Below, in pieces: positions 23,589 to 32,000 of a stretch of DNA of 32,000 nt. The stretch comes from an uncultured Elusimicrobia bacterium. GTDB lineage: Bacteria > Elusimicrobiota > Elusimicrobia > 2-01-FULL-59-12. Below the pieces are notes generated by a model. It searched no databases and had not been told where the DNA came from. It saw only the letters and a program-made list of their open reading frames with translations. Position 1 is the stretch's first letter. Each line of letters starts with the position of its first letter. The stretch lies in assembly GCA_964441955.1 (NCBI GenBank), contig CAYTWA010000002.1, positions 137,170 to 169,169 on the forward strand. Reading direction: 5' to 3'. The position numbers and the translations under genes were made by a program.

Positions 23589-25532
23589 ATGAACACACGC
23601 GCTCTTTTGGGGATATTTTGTCTCTGCACACCCTTTGCGGCGGCCGATCAGGACGTTTTCCTCTCCTTAACACGTGCCCCTTTGCCTATGGATACCCTCC
23701 CGACGTCCGTCGAGTCCGTTGGGCCAACGGAATTTGCGCGTTGGAATGCGCAAACCGCCGGTGAAGCGGTTTCACGCCTGACCAGCATCCAGGTTCAGCC
23801 GGTGGGTTCCCTGGGAGCTCTCCAGACGATTCGGCTGCGTGGTTCAAACACCAACCAAAACCTCGTCATGATCGATGGACGTCCGATTGGAAGTGTCGCC
23901 TTTGCCTCTTCTCAGGATTTAACGGAAATACCCATAGAGGCGATTGAGCGTATCGAAGTGATTCGAGGAGGTGCCTCATCGCTTTACGGGCCCAATGCGT
24001 TGGCCGGTGTCATCCATATCATCACCCGGCGCGGCACCAACGAAAAAACGAGTGGTTCCTTAGGCTACGACTACGGGTCTTATGGGCGCAATATTTTCCG
24101 CGGCTCGGTCGGGTCAAAAAAAGGGCCATTCGATTATTTCTTGTATGGAAATAAACAAAACGAGAGCGGTTTTCGGGATAATTCCGAAGCCGCAACCTTA
24201 AACGTCGGAACCCACCTGGGTCTTTCGCTGGGAAAAGCCGGGGGGGTAGAGCTCAGCGGTGCGCTGTATCAAGCCGACCAGGGAATTCCTGGGCAATTTT
24301 TCCCGGCTATTCCAACGAATCGCTTCGATACAAACCGCGAACGCGCGGCGGTTTCGTCCCAGGCCAACCAGACCACACAAACCCAGTCACTGCGAGCCTC
24401 TCATGAAATCGGCTTGCCAAGGGATTCGAAGCTGACCACTTCCGTTTGGGGGTCCGAGCGCAGAGTCATCTATAAAGACCGGCCCAGCTTCGTAAATACG
24501 GACCGCACAGAATGGTCGAAAGGAAGCGAGGTGAAGGTGAATGCGCCCTTGGGGTTGACGTTCGGCGGAAGTTTCCTTCAAGACAAGGAAGACAGCATCG
24601 ATCACATCACGCCGAGGAGCTCCTTTACGCGAAAGGCCGAAAACGTGGGGTTTTTTATTGAAGAAAAGTTTTATTGGAAGCCGTTGACGGTAATCCCCAG
24701 TGGTCGTTTTGACCGGCATAGCCAGTTTGGCTGGTCTAAGAACCCACGCGTGCAAACGATTGTGGATGCCACCGACAACCTACGTATCTCCTGCTCTGCC
24801 GCCAGGTCGTTTAGGGCTCCGACGATAGATGAACTCTATTATCCATTCACAAACTTTGGTTTTGGGTTTAGCTATCGAGGCAATCCGAGCCTGCAGCCCG
24901 AAACGGCGTGGAGCTATGACGGTGGGTTTGAACTTTACAACGATGCCGTAAGTTTTAAAGCCACCTATTTCCGTACCAACGTAAGCAACTTAATCCAAAG
25001 TACGCTGGATAATGCTTCAACAGTGATCAATATCGGCAATGCTCGCCGTCAAGGCGCAGAACTTCAGTTGGATAAAACGGACGGCTCAATCCTTCTGAAT
25101 GCATTGTTTGGAATCCTCCCTTCGATGGGGGAGTCAAAAAATAAAATTACGGACTTTATTCGAACCCACTCACGCGACACGGTGAATTACACGTATTTGG
25201 ATAATCGCGGTATCCCTCCGGGCTTTACGGATGATGTGGAGTTACGCTACAGCCCGCGGCATACGGTCAACTGGGTCGCGACGTTTTCTCCCTGTTCGCA
25301 TTTTGACTGGGACAACGCGGTTCGCTACGTGGACGCGCGCTTCTCAGGTAATAATGAAACGGGAACGAAGCTGGGTTCGATGGTGCTCTGGGATACGAAA
25401 TTGACCAAACGCTGGAAACAACTCGAAGCTTACCTCAGCGTTCGCGATGTGACCAATCGCCGCTACGAAGAGCAAGCGGGTTATCCGTTGCCTGGCCGTA
25501 CGTTCTTGGGTGGAGTTGCCTGGAAGTACTAA
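23589..25532 (+). CDS. TonB-dependent receptor, BtuB-like
   Basis: Signal peptide, TonB-box-like DVFLSLTR, plug motifs (IRLRGSNTNQNLVMIDGRP; IERIEVIRGGASSLYGPNALAGVIHIITRRG), beta-barrel repeats and a C-terminal aromatic residue (AWKY). Length of ~648 aa is typical of BtuB. Confidence 0.85.
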   Translation: MNTRALLGIFCLCTPFAAADQDVFLSLTRAPLPMDTLPTSVESVGPTEFARWNAQTAGEAVSRLTSIQVQPVGSLGALQTIRLRGSNTNQNLVMIDGRPIGSVAFASSQDLTEIPIEAIERIEVIRGGASSLYGPNALAGVIHIITRRGTNEKTSGSLGYDYGSYGRNIFRGSVGSKKGPFDYFLYGNKQNESGFRDNSEAATLNVGTHLGLSLGKAGGVELSGALYQADQGIPGQFFPAIPTNRFDTNRERAAVSSQANQTTQTQSLRASHEIGLPRDSKLTTSVWGSERRVIYKDRPSFVNTDRTEWSKGSEVKVNAPLGLTFGGSFLQDKEDSIDHITPRSSFTRKAENVGFFIEEKFYWKPLTVIPSGRFDRHSQFGWSKNPRVQTIVDATDNLRISCSAARSFRAPTIDELYYPFTNFGFGFSYRGNPSLQPETAWSYDGGFELYNDAVSFKATYFRTNVSNLIQSTLDNASTVINIGNARRQGAELQLDKTDGSILLNALFGILPSMGESKNKITDFIRTHSRDTVNYTYLDNRGIPPGFTDDVELRYSPRHTVNWVATFSPCSHFDWDNAVRYVDARFSGNNETGTKLGSMVLWDTKLTKRWKQLEAYLSVRDVTNRRYEEQAGYPLPGRTFLGGVAWKY

Positions 25533-25555
25533 AAACACCTTGATACACTGGCACG

Positions 25556-27568
25556 GTGAATAAGCGCGCCTTAGCCTTTTCTTTCCTTATCCTGATGGGT
25601 AGTGATGCCTGGGCGGACCCGAGCGCTTCCGAACCGGTGGGCCCGCCTTTGTCGTATCCAGTCGCGCCTGTTTCTACCATCACCGCTTCTGTCGCGTTAA
25701 CCGGTGAAACGCTTTCCGCGCCGGCTCCCCGGGCCATGACGGATTCTTCAGACGAAAATGTAATTATCTCGCTCACCCGCTCTGCCCAAGATTCAAAATC
25801 GCTTCCAACGACCGCGGACGTAATTTCGGCGAATGAAATTCGGCGTTTGCGCGTGCGGACCGCGGGAGATGTGCTGGCGCTCTTGACACCGTTTCGTTTC
25901 CATACGCAAGGCCACCTGGCAAGTCCTCAAAAGGCGAGCCTTCGCGGGGCGCCTTCTGCCCAAACGCTCGTCCTCGTGGATGGGCGGCCTTGGGGCGGTG
26001 TGGCATTTAACGGAAGCCAAGACCTGGCCGAGATTAGCGTGCAGCAAATAGACCGTATCGAAATTGTCCGAAGCGATCAGTCTGTCCTTTATGGTCCAAA
26101 TGCCTCAGGCGGCGTGATCAACATCATCTCGGCACGCGCGTCGCATGAGGGCTTGCCGACCAGTCACGTTGGCGTGGAAGGCAATTCCTTAGGCGGGCCT
26201 ACGTATCGATTGGACGCAGGGTCCCGTTATGGGCCTGTTGATTTCTTTTTCTTTGGGAATCAGTCCCGTGAAAGCGGTTTTCGAATCAATCAGGATGCGA
26301 AAATCTACACCCTTGGAGGCAACGTAGGGCTGGCCATGGGGAAAGCGGGAAAACTTCTTTTTGACGCCTCTTCGTATCAAGCGCGGGCGGGTATTCCGGG
26401 CCGGCTAAACCCTGATTTACCGGTCAGCCATTATGACGGCAATAGTGAACGGATAGGGCCCACGCCAGGGGCAAGGCAAACCACGGGGAGTGACGCGCTC
26501 CGTGCGTCATATCTTTTAGCGTTTTCGAAGGATGCGATGCTCAGCGTTCGAGCCTTCGGCTCGCAACGACATGTCGATTATCGTAATTTGGATTTTCCTC
26601 GAATCTCCGAACGGCATGAGTTTAACCGCGGCTTGGAAGCGCAGCTAAATCTTCCGCGCGGTCTATTAGCTGGGGGGACGTTTCTGCGGGATCGTCTGGA
26701 TAACCAAGACCATACGACACCGCAAAAAAATGTGACGGCCCATGTGGAAAATTGGGGATGGTTCTTACAGGAAACGTGGTCCTGGTCGCGTTTTACGCTG
26801 ATCCCCGGCGTTCGGTTTAGCAACAACAGTCAATTTGGTCCTTCGACGGACCCCAACATCAAAGGTTGGGTTGAAGTGTCCGACAGGCTGCGTTTCTCCG
26901 GTTCCGCTGGGCGCGCGTTTCGAGCCCCTACCTTAGATGATGTGTTTACGCCGCTAACGTTTTTGGGAGATGGGTTCAGCATTCAGGGCAACGCGGCGCT
27001 CCGTCCCGAAAGAATATGGACTTACGACGCCGGGTTTGAGCTTCATCGTGATTCCGCCAGCGTCAAAGCGACCTATTTCCGTGCCATCGCGTCCGATTTG
27101 ATCCAAACCACGGGGAATGTGGCGGATGCTCCCGTGAATGTCGATCGCGTGCGTCGCCAGGGAGGCGAGATCGCCTTTAACTATTCGCGAAGCCCTCGGT
27201 TTTTAAACCGTGTCACCTATCAATACTTGGAGAACCATGGAACTCCGCCGGGGTTTTCACGTCCTGTGACTTTGCGTTTAAGCCCGCGACATCAAGCCTC
27301 CTATCACGCACAATTTCTTCTGGGTAAAAAATTTACGATGACTCATATTGTGCGCTACAGGAGTTCCTCATATGAAAATGATAATCGAACGGGATCCAAA
27401 ATGTCCTCCGTGGCCACTTGGGACGCGCGATTTCAATATCCGGTTCGTCAGATGGATTTTTATCTCGGGGTAGATAACATTCTGGGGAAACGCTTCCGTG
27501 AACGCGGCGGGTATCCGCTTCCGGGCCGGATGGTCTATGGCGGCGTGGACTTGCGTTTATGGGGATAG
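25556..27568 (+). CDS. TonB-dependent receptor, BtuB-like, tandem paralog
   Basis: GTG start. Signal peptide MNKRALAFSFLILMGSDAWA, NVIISLTRS, and plug motifs (LRGAPSAQTLVLVDGRP; IDRIEIVRSDQSVLYGPNASGGVINIISARA). Roughly 40-50% identical to the upstream receptor by eye. Confidence 0.85.
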   Translation: MNKRALAFSFLILMGSDAWADPSASEPVGPPLSYPVAPVSTITASVALTGETLSAPAPRAMTDSSDENVIISLTRSAQDSKSLPTTADVISANEIRRLRVRTAGDVLALLTPFRFHTQGHLASPQKASLRGAPSAQTLVLVDGRPWGGVAFNGSQDLAEISVQQIDRIEIVRSDQSVLYGPNASGGVINIISARASHEGLPTSHVGVEGNSLGGPTYRLDAGSRYGPVDFFFFGNQSRESGFRINQDAKIYTLGGNVGLAMGKAGKLLFDASSYQARAGIPGRLNPDLPVSHYDGNSERIGPTPGARQTTGSDALRASYLLAFSKDAMLSVRAFGSQRHVDYRNLDFPRISERHEFNRGLEAQLNLPRGLLAGGTFLRDRLDNQDHTTPQKNVTAHVENWGWFLQETWSWSRFTLIPGVRFSNNSQFGPSTDPNIKGWVEVSDRLRFSGSAGRAFRAPTLDDVFTPLTFLGDGFSIQGNAALRPERIWTYDAGFELHRDSASVKATYFRAIASDLIQTTGNVADAPVNVDRVRRQGGEIAFNYSRSPRFLNRVTYQYLENHGTPPGFSRPVTLRLSPRHQASYHAQFLLGKKFTMTHIVRYRSSSYENDNRTGSKMSSVATWDARFQYPVRQMDFYLGVDNILGKRFRERGGYPLPGRMVYGGVDLRLWG

Positions 27569-27609
27569 AAAACATGTCGCGAAAATTCGGAAATTGAGGG
27601 GAAATTTTC

Positions 27610-27637
27610 TTGACTCGTAGAACAGAAAATCTATAAT
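27610..27637 (+). promoter_or_regulatory. sigma70-type promoter for the polyamine operon
   Basis: TTGACT (27610-27615), 16-nt spacer, TATAAT (27632-27637). Confidence 0.5.
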
Positions 27638-27647
27638 TTCGCTCATC

Positions 27648-28028
27648 TTGAGATCACTCGGCCGCCATCTACTCATCGAGCTGTACAGTTGCGACCCCAA
27701 AATTCTGAACGATGTTCATAAAGCAGAAGCGGTTATGGTGGATGCCGCGAAATACGCCAAAGCGCGAATTGTGGATGTGGTGTTTCACACGTTCAACCCT
27801 CATGGGATATCCGGTGTGGTGGTTATCGCCGAGTCGCATTTAGCGATCCACACCTGGCCCGAATTCAATTATGCTTCGGTCGATGTCTATACGTGTGGAA
27901 CCGAGATTAATCCGTGGAAAGCCTATCACTATATGGCCAAACGATTTAAGGCCAAGAACATGACCGCGATCGAACTTAAACGCGGGGTTCTCCCCATTCC
28001 TGCAAAACTTCTGAAACACAAACCCTAA
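27648..28028 (+). CDS. speH: S-adenosylmethionine decarboxylase proenzyme (pyruvoyl, SpeH/class 1 type)
   Basis: (M)RSLGRHLLIELYSCD... and the self-cleavage/active-site string VVIAESHLAIHTWPE. The TTG start is the only start codon after the in-frame TAG at 27618. Confidence 0.85.
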   Translation: MRSLGRHLLIELYSCDPKILNDVHKAEAVMVDAAKYAKARIVDVVFHTFNPHGISGVVVIAESHLAIHTWPEFNYASVDVYTCGTEINPWKAYHYMAKRFKAKNMTAIELKRGVLPIPAKLLKHKP

Positions 28029-28029
28029 A

Positions 28030-28992
28030 TTGGACGTATTGGATCCTTCTGCCACGGGCTCTGCGCCCACGCCAGTAGAAACGGAAATTTCTTCCGATTG
28101 GTTCACGGAGCGCTTTTCACCTCACGAATCGCACACCCATCACTTTAAAGAAATTCTTATACGCAAGCGGACTCAATTTCAAAATGCGGTGCTGGCTGAT
28201 TCGCATTCTTTTGGCCGTTGTCTTATTTTGGATGGGGAAATGCAGTCCGCTCAATTGGATGAATTCGTTTATCATGAATGTTTGGTCCAGCCAGCGATGA
28301 CGCTTCATGGAAATGTAAAAGACATTCTCATTTTAGGCGGCGGTGAAGGGGCAACGGTTCGTGAATTGCTGCGCCATAAAAGTGTCAAACGCGTGACAAT
28401 GGTGGATATCGATGGTGAAGTGGTGGATTTTTGTAAAGAATATTTGGGCGAATGGCATCGAGGCACGCTCACCCATAAAAAAACACGGCTTATCATCGAT
28501 GACGCGCGAAAATTTGTTCTTGAACAAAACGAGCAGTTTGATCTAATCATTTCCGATTTACCCACGCCCATTGAAGGCGGCCCGGCCTACCAGCTTTATA
28601 CGCTTGAGTTTTATAAAAAAATGCTCACACGACTTCGCCCCGGAGGATTGTTTATTGCGCAGGCCGGTTCGGGGAGTTTAATTCAGATCCATTTTCATGC
28701 CGTTTTGGCCAATACATTAAGCAAGTTGTTCAAAGTTGTTCGTCCCTTTTACGCGTTTGTGCCGTCTTTTGATGTGCCTTGGGCATTTTTGTTATGCAGC
28801 CAAAAAGCGGACCCCGCCGCACTTTCTGCCAAAGAAGTAGACCGTCGTTTGGGAGCGGTCGGTAAAAATCTTCGCTTTTACGACGGCCAAGCCCATGTTG
28901 GGTTGTTTAACATCCCCAAATATCTGCGGACACACCTAGCTCGCGAGAAAGCAGTCATTTCGGAAAAGAAACCCGTATTTTTCTTTAAGTAG
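28030..28992 (+). CDS. speE: spermidine synthase / polyamine aminopropyltransferase
   Basis: WFTE..., QSAQLDEFVYHE, ILILGGGEGATVRELLRH, VTMVDIDGEVVDFCKEYL and IISDLPTP. The TTG start at 28030 is provisional. Confidence 0.85.
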   Translation: MDVLDPSATGSAPTPVETEISSDWFTERFSPHESHTHHFKEILIRKRTQFQNAVLADSHSFGRCLILDGEMQSAQLDEFVYHECLVQPAMTLHGNVKDILILGGGEGATVRELLRHKSVKRVTMVDIDGEVVDFCKEYLGEWHRGTLTHKKTRLIIDDARKFVLEQNEQFDLIISDLPTPIEGGPAYQLYTLEFYKKMLTRLRPGGLFIAQAGSGSLIQIHFHAVLANTLSKLFKVVRPFYAFVPSFDVPWAFLLCSQKADPAALSAKEVDRRLGAVGKNLRFYDGQAHVGLFNIPKYLRTHLAREKAVISEKKPVFFFK

Positions 28993-29019
28993 CGCGGCTC
29001 TTCCTTATATAAGGCATTT

Positions 29020-30480
29020 ATGGAAAATCCCCAGGACCGTACCCCCTTAATGGATACCTTAATTCGTCACGCTAAACGTGAAGTGGTGTCGTTCCACACT
29101 CCCGGGCACAAAAACGGACAAGGAATCGACCCGAAATTGCGTGCTTATACGGGTCGAAATGTGTGGCGAATGGATGTGACGGTATTCCCAGAGGTCGATT
29201 CGCTCCATGACCCGGTGGGACCCATCAAAAAAGCCCAAGCGCTCATGGCGCAAGCTTATGGGGTTAAATACTCCCAGTTTTTAATCAACGGATCGTCTTG
29301 CGGAAACATGGCGATGCTCATGGCTTCCTGCCATCCCGGGGATTCCGTTATTTTGTCGCGCAATGCCCATAAATCGACGTTGTCGGGCGTCATCATGTCT
29401 GGGATTTGGCCCATTTGGATTCAGCCGAAGGTTGATCAGCATTTGGACATTATTTTTGATTCGGATGCCGCGCAAATTGAAGAAGCCCTTCGCCAATACC
29501 CCGAAGCCAAGGCGGTTTTTGTCACAAGTCCGACCTATCACGGCGTCGTGACGGATTTAAAAAAAATCGCTGACCTCTGCCATTCAAAGGGGAAAATGCT
29601 GCTGGTGGACGAGGCTCATGGGGCGCACCTGAAGTTTCATAAAGATTTGCCGATGTCGGCCGTGGAGGCCGGGGCGGATATGTGCGTGCAGTCGACGCAT
29701 AAAATTTTAAGCGCCATGTCTCAAGGCTCCGTGCTTCACATTAACTCGGATGCAGTGGATATCAACCGCGTAAGGAAAATTCTTTCGATTCTTCAAACGA
29801 CTAGCCCCAATTATGTGACCCTGGCCTCTCTCGATGCGGCACGCCGGCAAGCTTACTTTCATGGGGAAAAAATATTCTCGCGTGTCATGAAGTTAGCCGA
29901 AATGGCACGAGAGCGAATTAATAAACTCCAGCGAATCTACGCCATCACGCAGGGAGAAATTCGAGCGAAAGGCTACGACTTGGATGTGACCAAGCTGACG
30001 TTTAACGTAACGCGCACGGGTCTTTCCGGTCATGACGTGGAGGAGTTATTGGCCCATAAATATCAGATTCAGGTGGACTGTGCTGATTTGTTTAATTTGA
30101 TCGCTATCATGGGGGTGGGGACCACCAAAAAAGACGTTGAACGGCTGGTTGCCGCCATCGAAGACATTGACCGTATGGATGTGGGCAAAGAGAAAAATTG
30201 GGTGTTCCAGTTGCCTTCGTTGTCAACCGAGATGGTCATGACGCCTCGCGATGTTTTCCTGCAGCAAACCGCCAAACGCGTACCGCTGCGAAAATCCGTG
30301 GGCCATATCAGTGCTCAAACGCTGACCCCTTACCCTCCCGGTATTCCGGTGTTAATTCCAGGTGAACGGATCACGCAGGAAATCGTCGAATTTTTAGAGG
30401 ATCTCGCCGAGAAGGACGTTCGCATCAGCGGTCAAGAAACAGAAGAACTGCGTACCATAAAAATCGTTACTCCTCGATAA
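29020..30480 (+). CDS. PLP-dependent Orn/Lys/Arg decarboxylase (fold-type I, Bacillus SpeA-like)
   Basis: SFHTPGHKNG, DEAHGAH and STHKILSAMSQGSVLH (PLP-lysine) are characteristic of the OKR_DC_1 family. Sits in the operon with speH and speE. Confidence 0.8.
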   Translation: MENPQDRTPLMDTLIRHAKREVVSFHTPGHKNGQGIDPKLRAYTGRNVWRMDVTVFPEVDSLHDPVGPIKKAQALMAQAYGVKYSQFLINGSSCGNMAMLMASCHPGDSVILSRNAHKSTLSGVIMSGIWPIWIQPKVDQHLDIIFDSDAAQIEEALRQYPEAKAVFVTSPTYHGVVTDLKKIADLCHSKGKMLLVDEAHGAHLKFHKDLPMSAVEAGADMCVQSTHKILSAMSQGSVLHINSDAVDINRVRKILSILQTTSPNYVTLASLDAARRQAYFHGEKIFSRVMKLAEMARERINKLQRIYAITQGEIRAKGYDLDVTKLTFNVTRTGLSGHDVEELLAHKYQIQVDCADLFNLIAIMGVGTTKKDVERLVAAIEDIDRMDVGKEKNWVFQLPSLSTEMVMTPRDVFLQQTAKRVPLRKSVGHISAQTLTPYPPGIPVLIPGERITQEIVEFLEDLAEKDVRISGQETEELRTIKIVTPR

Positions 30481-30506
30481 CGTTTTACTTCTTTCCTAAA
30501 TAAATG

Positions 30507-30535
30507 TTGACAGCTTAAAAATCTTTTTCTAGATT
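30507..30535 (+). promoter_or_regulatory. sigma70-type promoter
   Basis: TTGACA (30507-30512), 17-nt spacer, TAGATT (30530-30535). The downstream gene has a GAGAGGAG SD. Confidence 0.45.
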
Positions 30536-30632
30536 CACCGCGCTCTTAAACGAGCATGGCCTGCCAGGTCAGTGAAAGTAAACATCTCCCTAGCGACACA
30601 CACCTCTGAGAAGTCCCGAGAGGAGCCCAACT

Positions 30633-31481
30633 ATGGGTGCGAACTTGCGGGATCTCCGTCGTTGTCGAGTGGTCGATTTAAGTCTTCCGATTTCGCCCAA
30701 TACGGCGGAGCCAGGTCCGCCTCAAATTCAATATATTGATCATGCCCATGCAGCGCATGAGCTCGCGGCTGTGGCCACGCATCTCATCCAGCAGGCTTCG
30801 CCACAAGGCAGTCCCTCGCCCACCATCACGACAGATGCGTTTCATGATCATCTCGGGCTAGCCAACGAAAACCTCCAACTGGATTCTCATGCCGGAACGC
30901 ATATGGATGCTCCCTGGCATTTTGGCCCGCTCAGCGGTTCTCTAACCGCGAAAACGATCGATCAAATTCCCTTGTCTTGGTGCTGGGGTCCTGGGGTCGT
31001 TTTGGATTTAAGGCATAAGGCGCCAGGTTCGCTTATTTCTATTGATGATTTGAAATGCGCTTTAAATCGAATTCCTCACACTCTTGCCGCGGGAGAGATT
31101 GTTCTATTAATGACCGGGGCCGATAAGCACTTTGAAAAGCCCGATTATTTTTCTGCACACCCGGGCATGGGACGTGACGCTACGTTTTGGCTCTTAGATA
31201 AAGGGATACGCGTGATTGGTATCGATGCGTGGGGTTTTGACCGCCCGGCCGGGAACATGCTGAAAGACTATTTAGCTTCCGGGGATAACAGCGCCATTCT
31301 TCCCGCACACATGGCGGGTCGCGAACGAGAATATTGCCATATTGAAAAGCTTGGGAACCTCGATCAACTCCCTTGTGCAAACGGCTTCTGGGTATTTTGC
31401 TTTCCGATCAAAATTGAAAAAGGCAGTGCGGGCTGGGTTCGTGCAGTGGCTCTGGTGGAGGATTCCGATGCTGCAGCTTAA
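30633..31481 (+). CDS. cyclase-family protein (kynurenine formamidase-like)
   Basis: HAGTHMDAPWHF matches the HxGTHxDxPxH motif of the putative cyclase family. Also GIDAWGFD. Confidence 0.7.
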   Translation: MGANLRDLRRCRVVDLSLPISPNTAEPGPPQIQYIDHAHAAHELAAVATHLIQQASPQGSPSPTITTDAFHDHLGLANENLQLDSHAGTHMDAPWHFGPLSGSLTAKTIDQIPLSWCWGPGVVLDLRHKAPGSLISIDDLKCALNRIPHTLAAGEIVLLMTGADKHFEKPDYFSAHPGMGRDATFWLLDKGIRVIGIDAWGFDRPAGNMLKDYLASGDNSAILPAHMAGREREYCHIEKLGNLDQLPCANGFWVFCFPIKIEKGSAGWVRAVALVEDSDAAA

Positions 31482-31917
31482 AGATTCCATTGAGGTGCAT
31501 TGCTCCGTTGATCACCTGTACGGCGTGATCAGCGACGTTGAACGTCATGCTTCCTTATTGCCTGGGTATATTGAAAGTCGAATTGTGGAACGGCGCTCCG
31601 AGGGTGCCGTGGTTCAGCGCGAAGCCATGATCCACGGTCGACGTCGACGCTGGTTGTCCCTTGTTCATTGGGAGCCGAACGTTGGGCTTCATTTTGAGCA
31701 ACTGGAAGGCCCGCTGCAAGGCATGCGGATTCAATGGTTGATTGCCCCAGCCACTCAAGGTGCGTCTCTTTGCATTCGTCATGATGTTCATGTGCGCCCA
31801 TGGTGGAAACGCTGGTGGATGGAGCGCTGGGTAGCCAAGCCTGCAATCGAAAAGACCGCACGCCTTGTACTTAAAGCCATCAAATCCGTAGCCGAAAAAA
31901 AAGAGGATCGCTTATGA
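31468..31917 (+). CDS. SRPBCC (polyketide cyclase/dehydrase, RatA/CoxG-like) family protein
   Basis: ATG at 31468 after GGTGGAGGA. The N-terminus MLQLKDSIEVHCSVDHLYGVISDVERHASLLPG is typical of SRPBCC ligand-binding proteins. The earlier part of the ORF overlaps the cyclase gene. Confidence 0.6.
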   Translation: MLQLKDSIEVHCSVDHLYGVISDVERHASLLPGYIESRIVERRSEGAVVQREAMIHGRRRRWLSLVHWEPNVGLHFEQLEGPLQGMRIQWLIAPATQGASLCIRHDVHVRPWWKRWWMERWVAKPAIEKTARLVLKAIKSVAEKKEDRL

Positions 31918-32000
31918 CGCCCTATGTGTTTATCGGAGGGTATGGGATTTTAAGTCTCTTGTTTCGCTTGAGTCGCTTAATTGTGGTGGTTCGACAGGCG
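31914..32000 (+). CDS. partial ORF (5' end only), unknown function
   Basis: The ATG at 31914 overlaps the previous stop (ATGA). The frame stays open to the window end (MTPYVFIGGYGILSLLFRLSRLIVVVRQA). Confidence 0.3.
   Translation, partial: MTPYVFIGGYGILSLLFRLSRLIVVVRQA

Noticed and set aside
27648-30480. Polyamine operon as something unusual
   Set aside because: The speH-speE-decarboxylase arrangement is a standard spermidine biosynthesis cluster. Only the speH start context is noted separately.

Overview
This 32 kb window looks like chromosomal DNA from a diderm, probably uncultivated, bacterium. It is about 50% GC and tightly packed, with many ATGA/GTGA start-stop overlaps. All product calls come from motif recognition by eye; no searches were run.

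Layout:
- (1) 47-1390: hypothetical gene. A convergent intergenic region follows, carrying six copies of a 10-bp GATC-containing motif, then an orphan minimal nucleotidyltransferase on the minus strand.
- (2) 2145-6731: housekeeping operon polX-nth-midA-like-bcp-HAD phosphatase.
- (3) 6882-14723: tightly coupled operon encoding an outer-membrane beta-barrel, a TPR+LysM protein, a membrane protein that reads as a miniature FliF-FliG fusion, one MotA, two tandem MotB paralogs and a Cache-HAMP-PAS histidine kinase. No other flagellar gene is in the window. I consider this a candidate non-flagellar minimal rotor-stator machine and the most interesting item here.
- (4) 14958-15836: an unusual 0.88 kb largely non-coding island. 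It holds a 2 x 194 bp tandem duplication with nested inverted repeats, a possible small Cys-rich ORF, and an eight-copy GCGTTC/GAACGC dyad array.
- (5) 15837-22475: a 2212-aa giant protein. It has a signal peptide, a complete phosphohexomutase (PGM/PMM) catalytic motif set with large insertions, three modules joined by a conserved SGAADGPA junction (possibly beta-grasp-like, plus truncated PGM N-terminal stubs), and C-terminal TM helices.
- (6) 22853-27568: cobalamin riboswitch, then a small membrane protein and two BtuB-like TonB-dependent receptors.
- (7) 27648-30480: polyamine operon speH-speE-Orn/Lys/Arg decarboxylase, followed by a cyclase-family protein, an SRPBCC protein and a partial ORF.

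A ~70-bp palindromic element occurs twice: once in frame inside the giant gene and once inside the riboswitch variable region.
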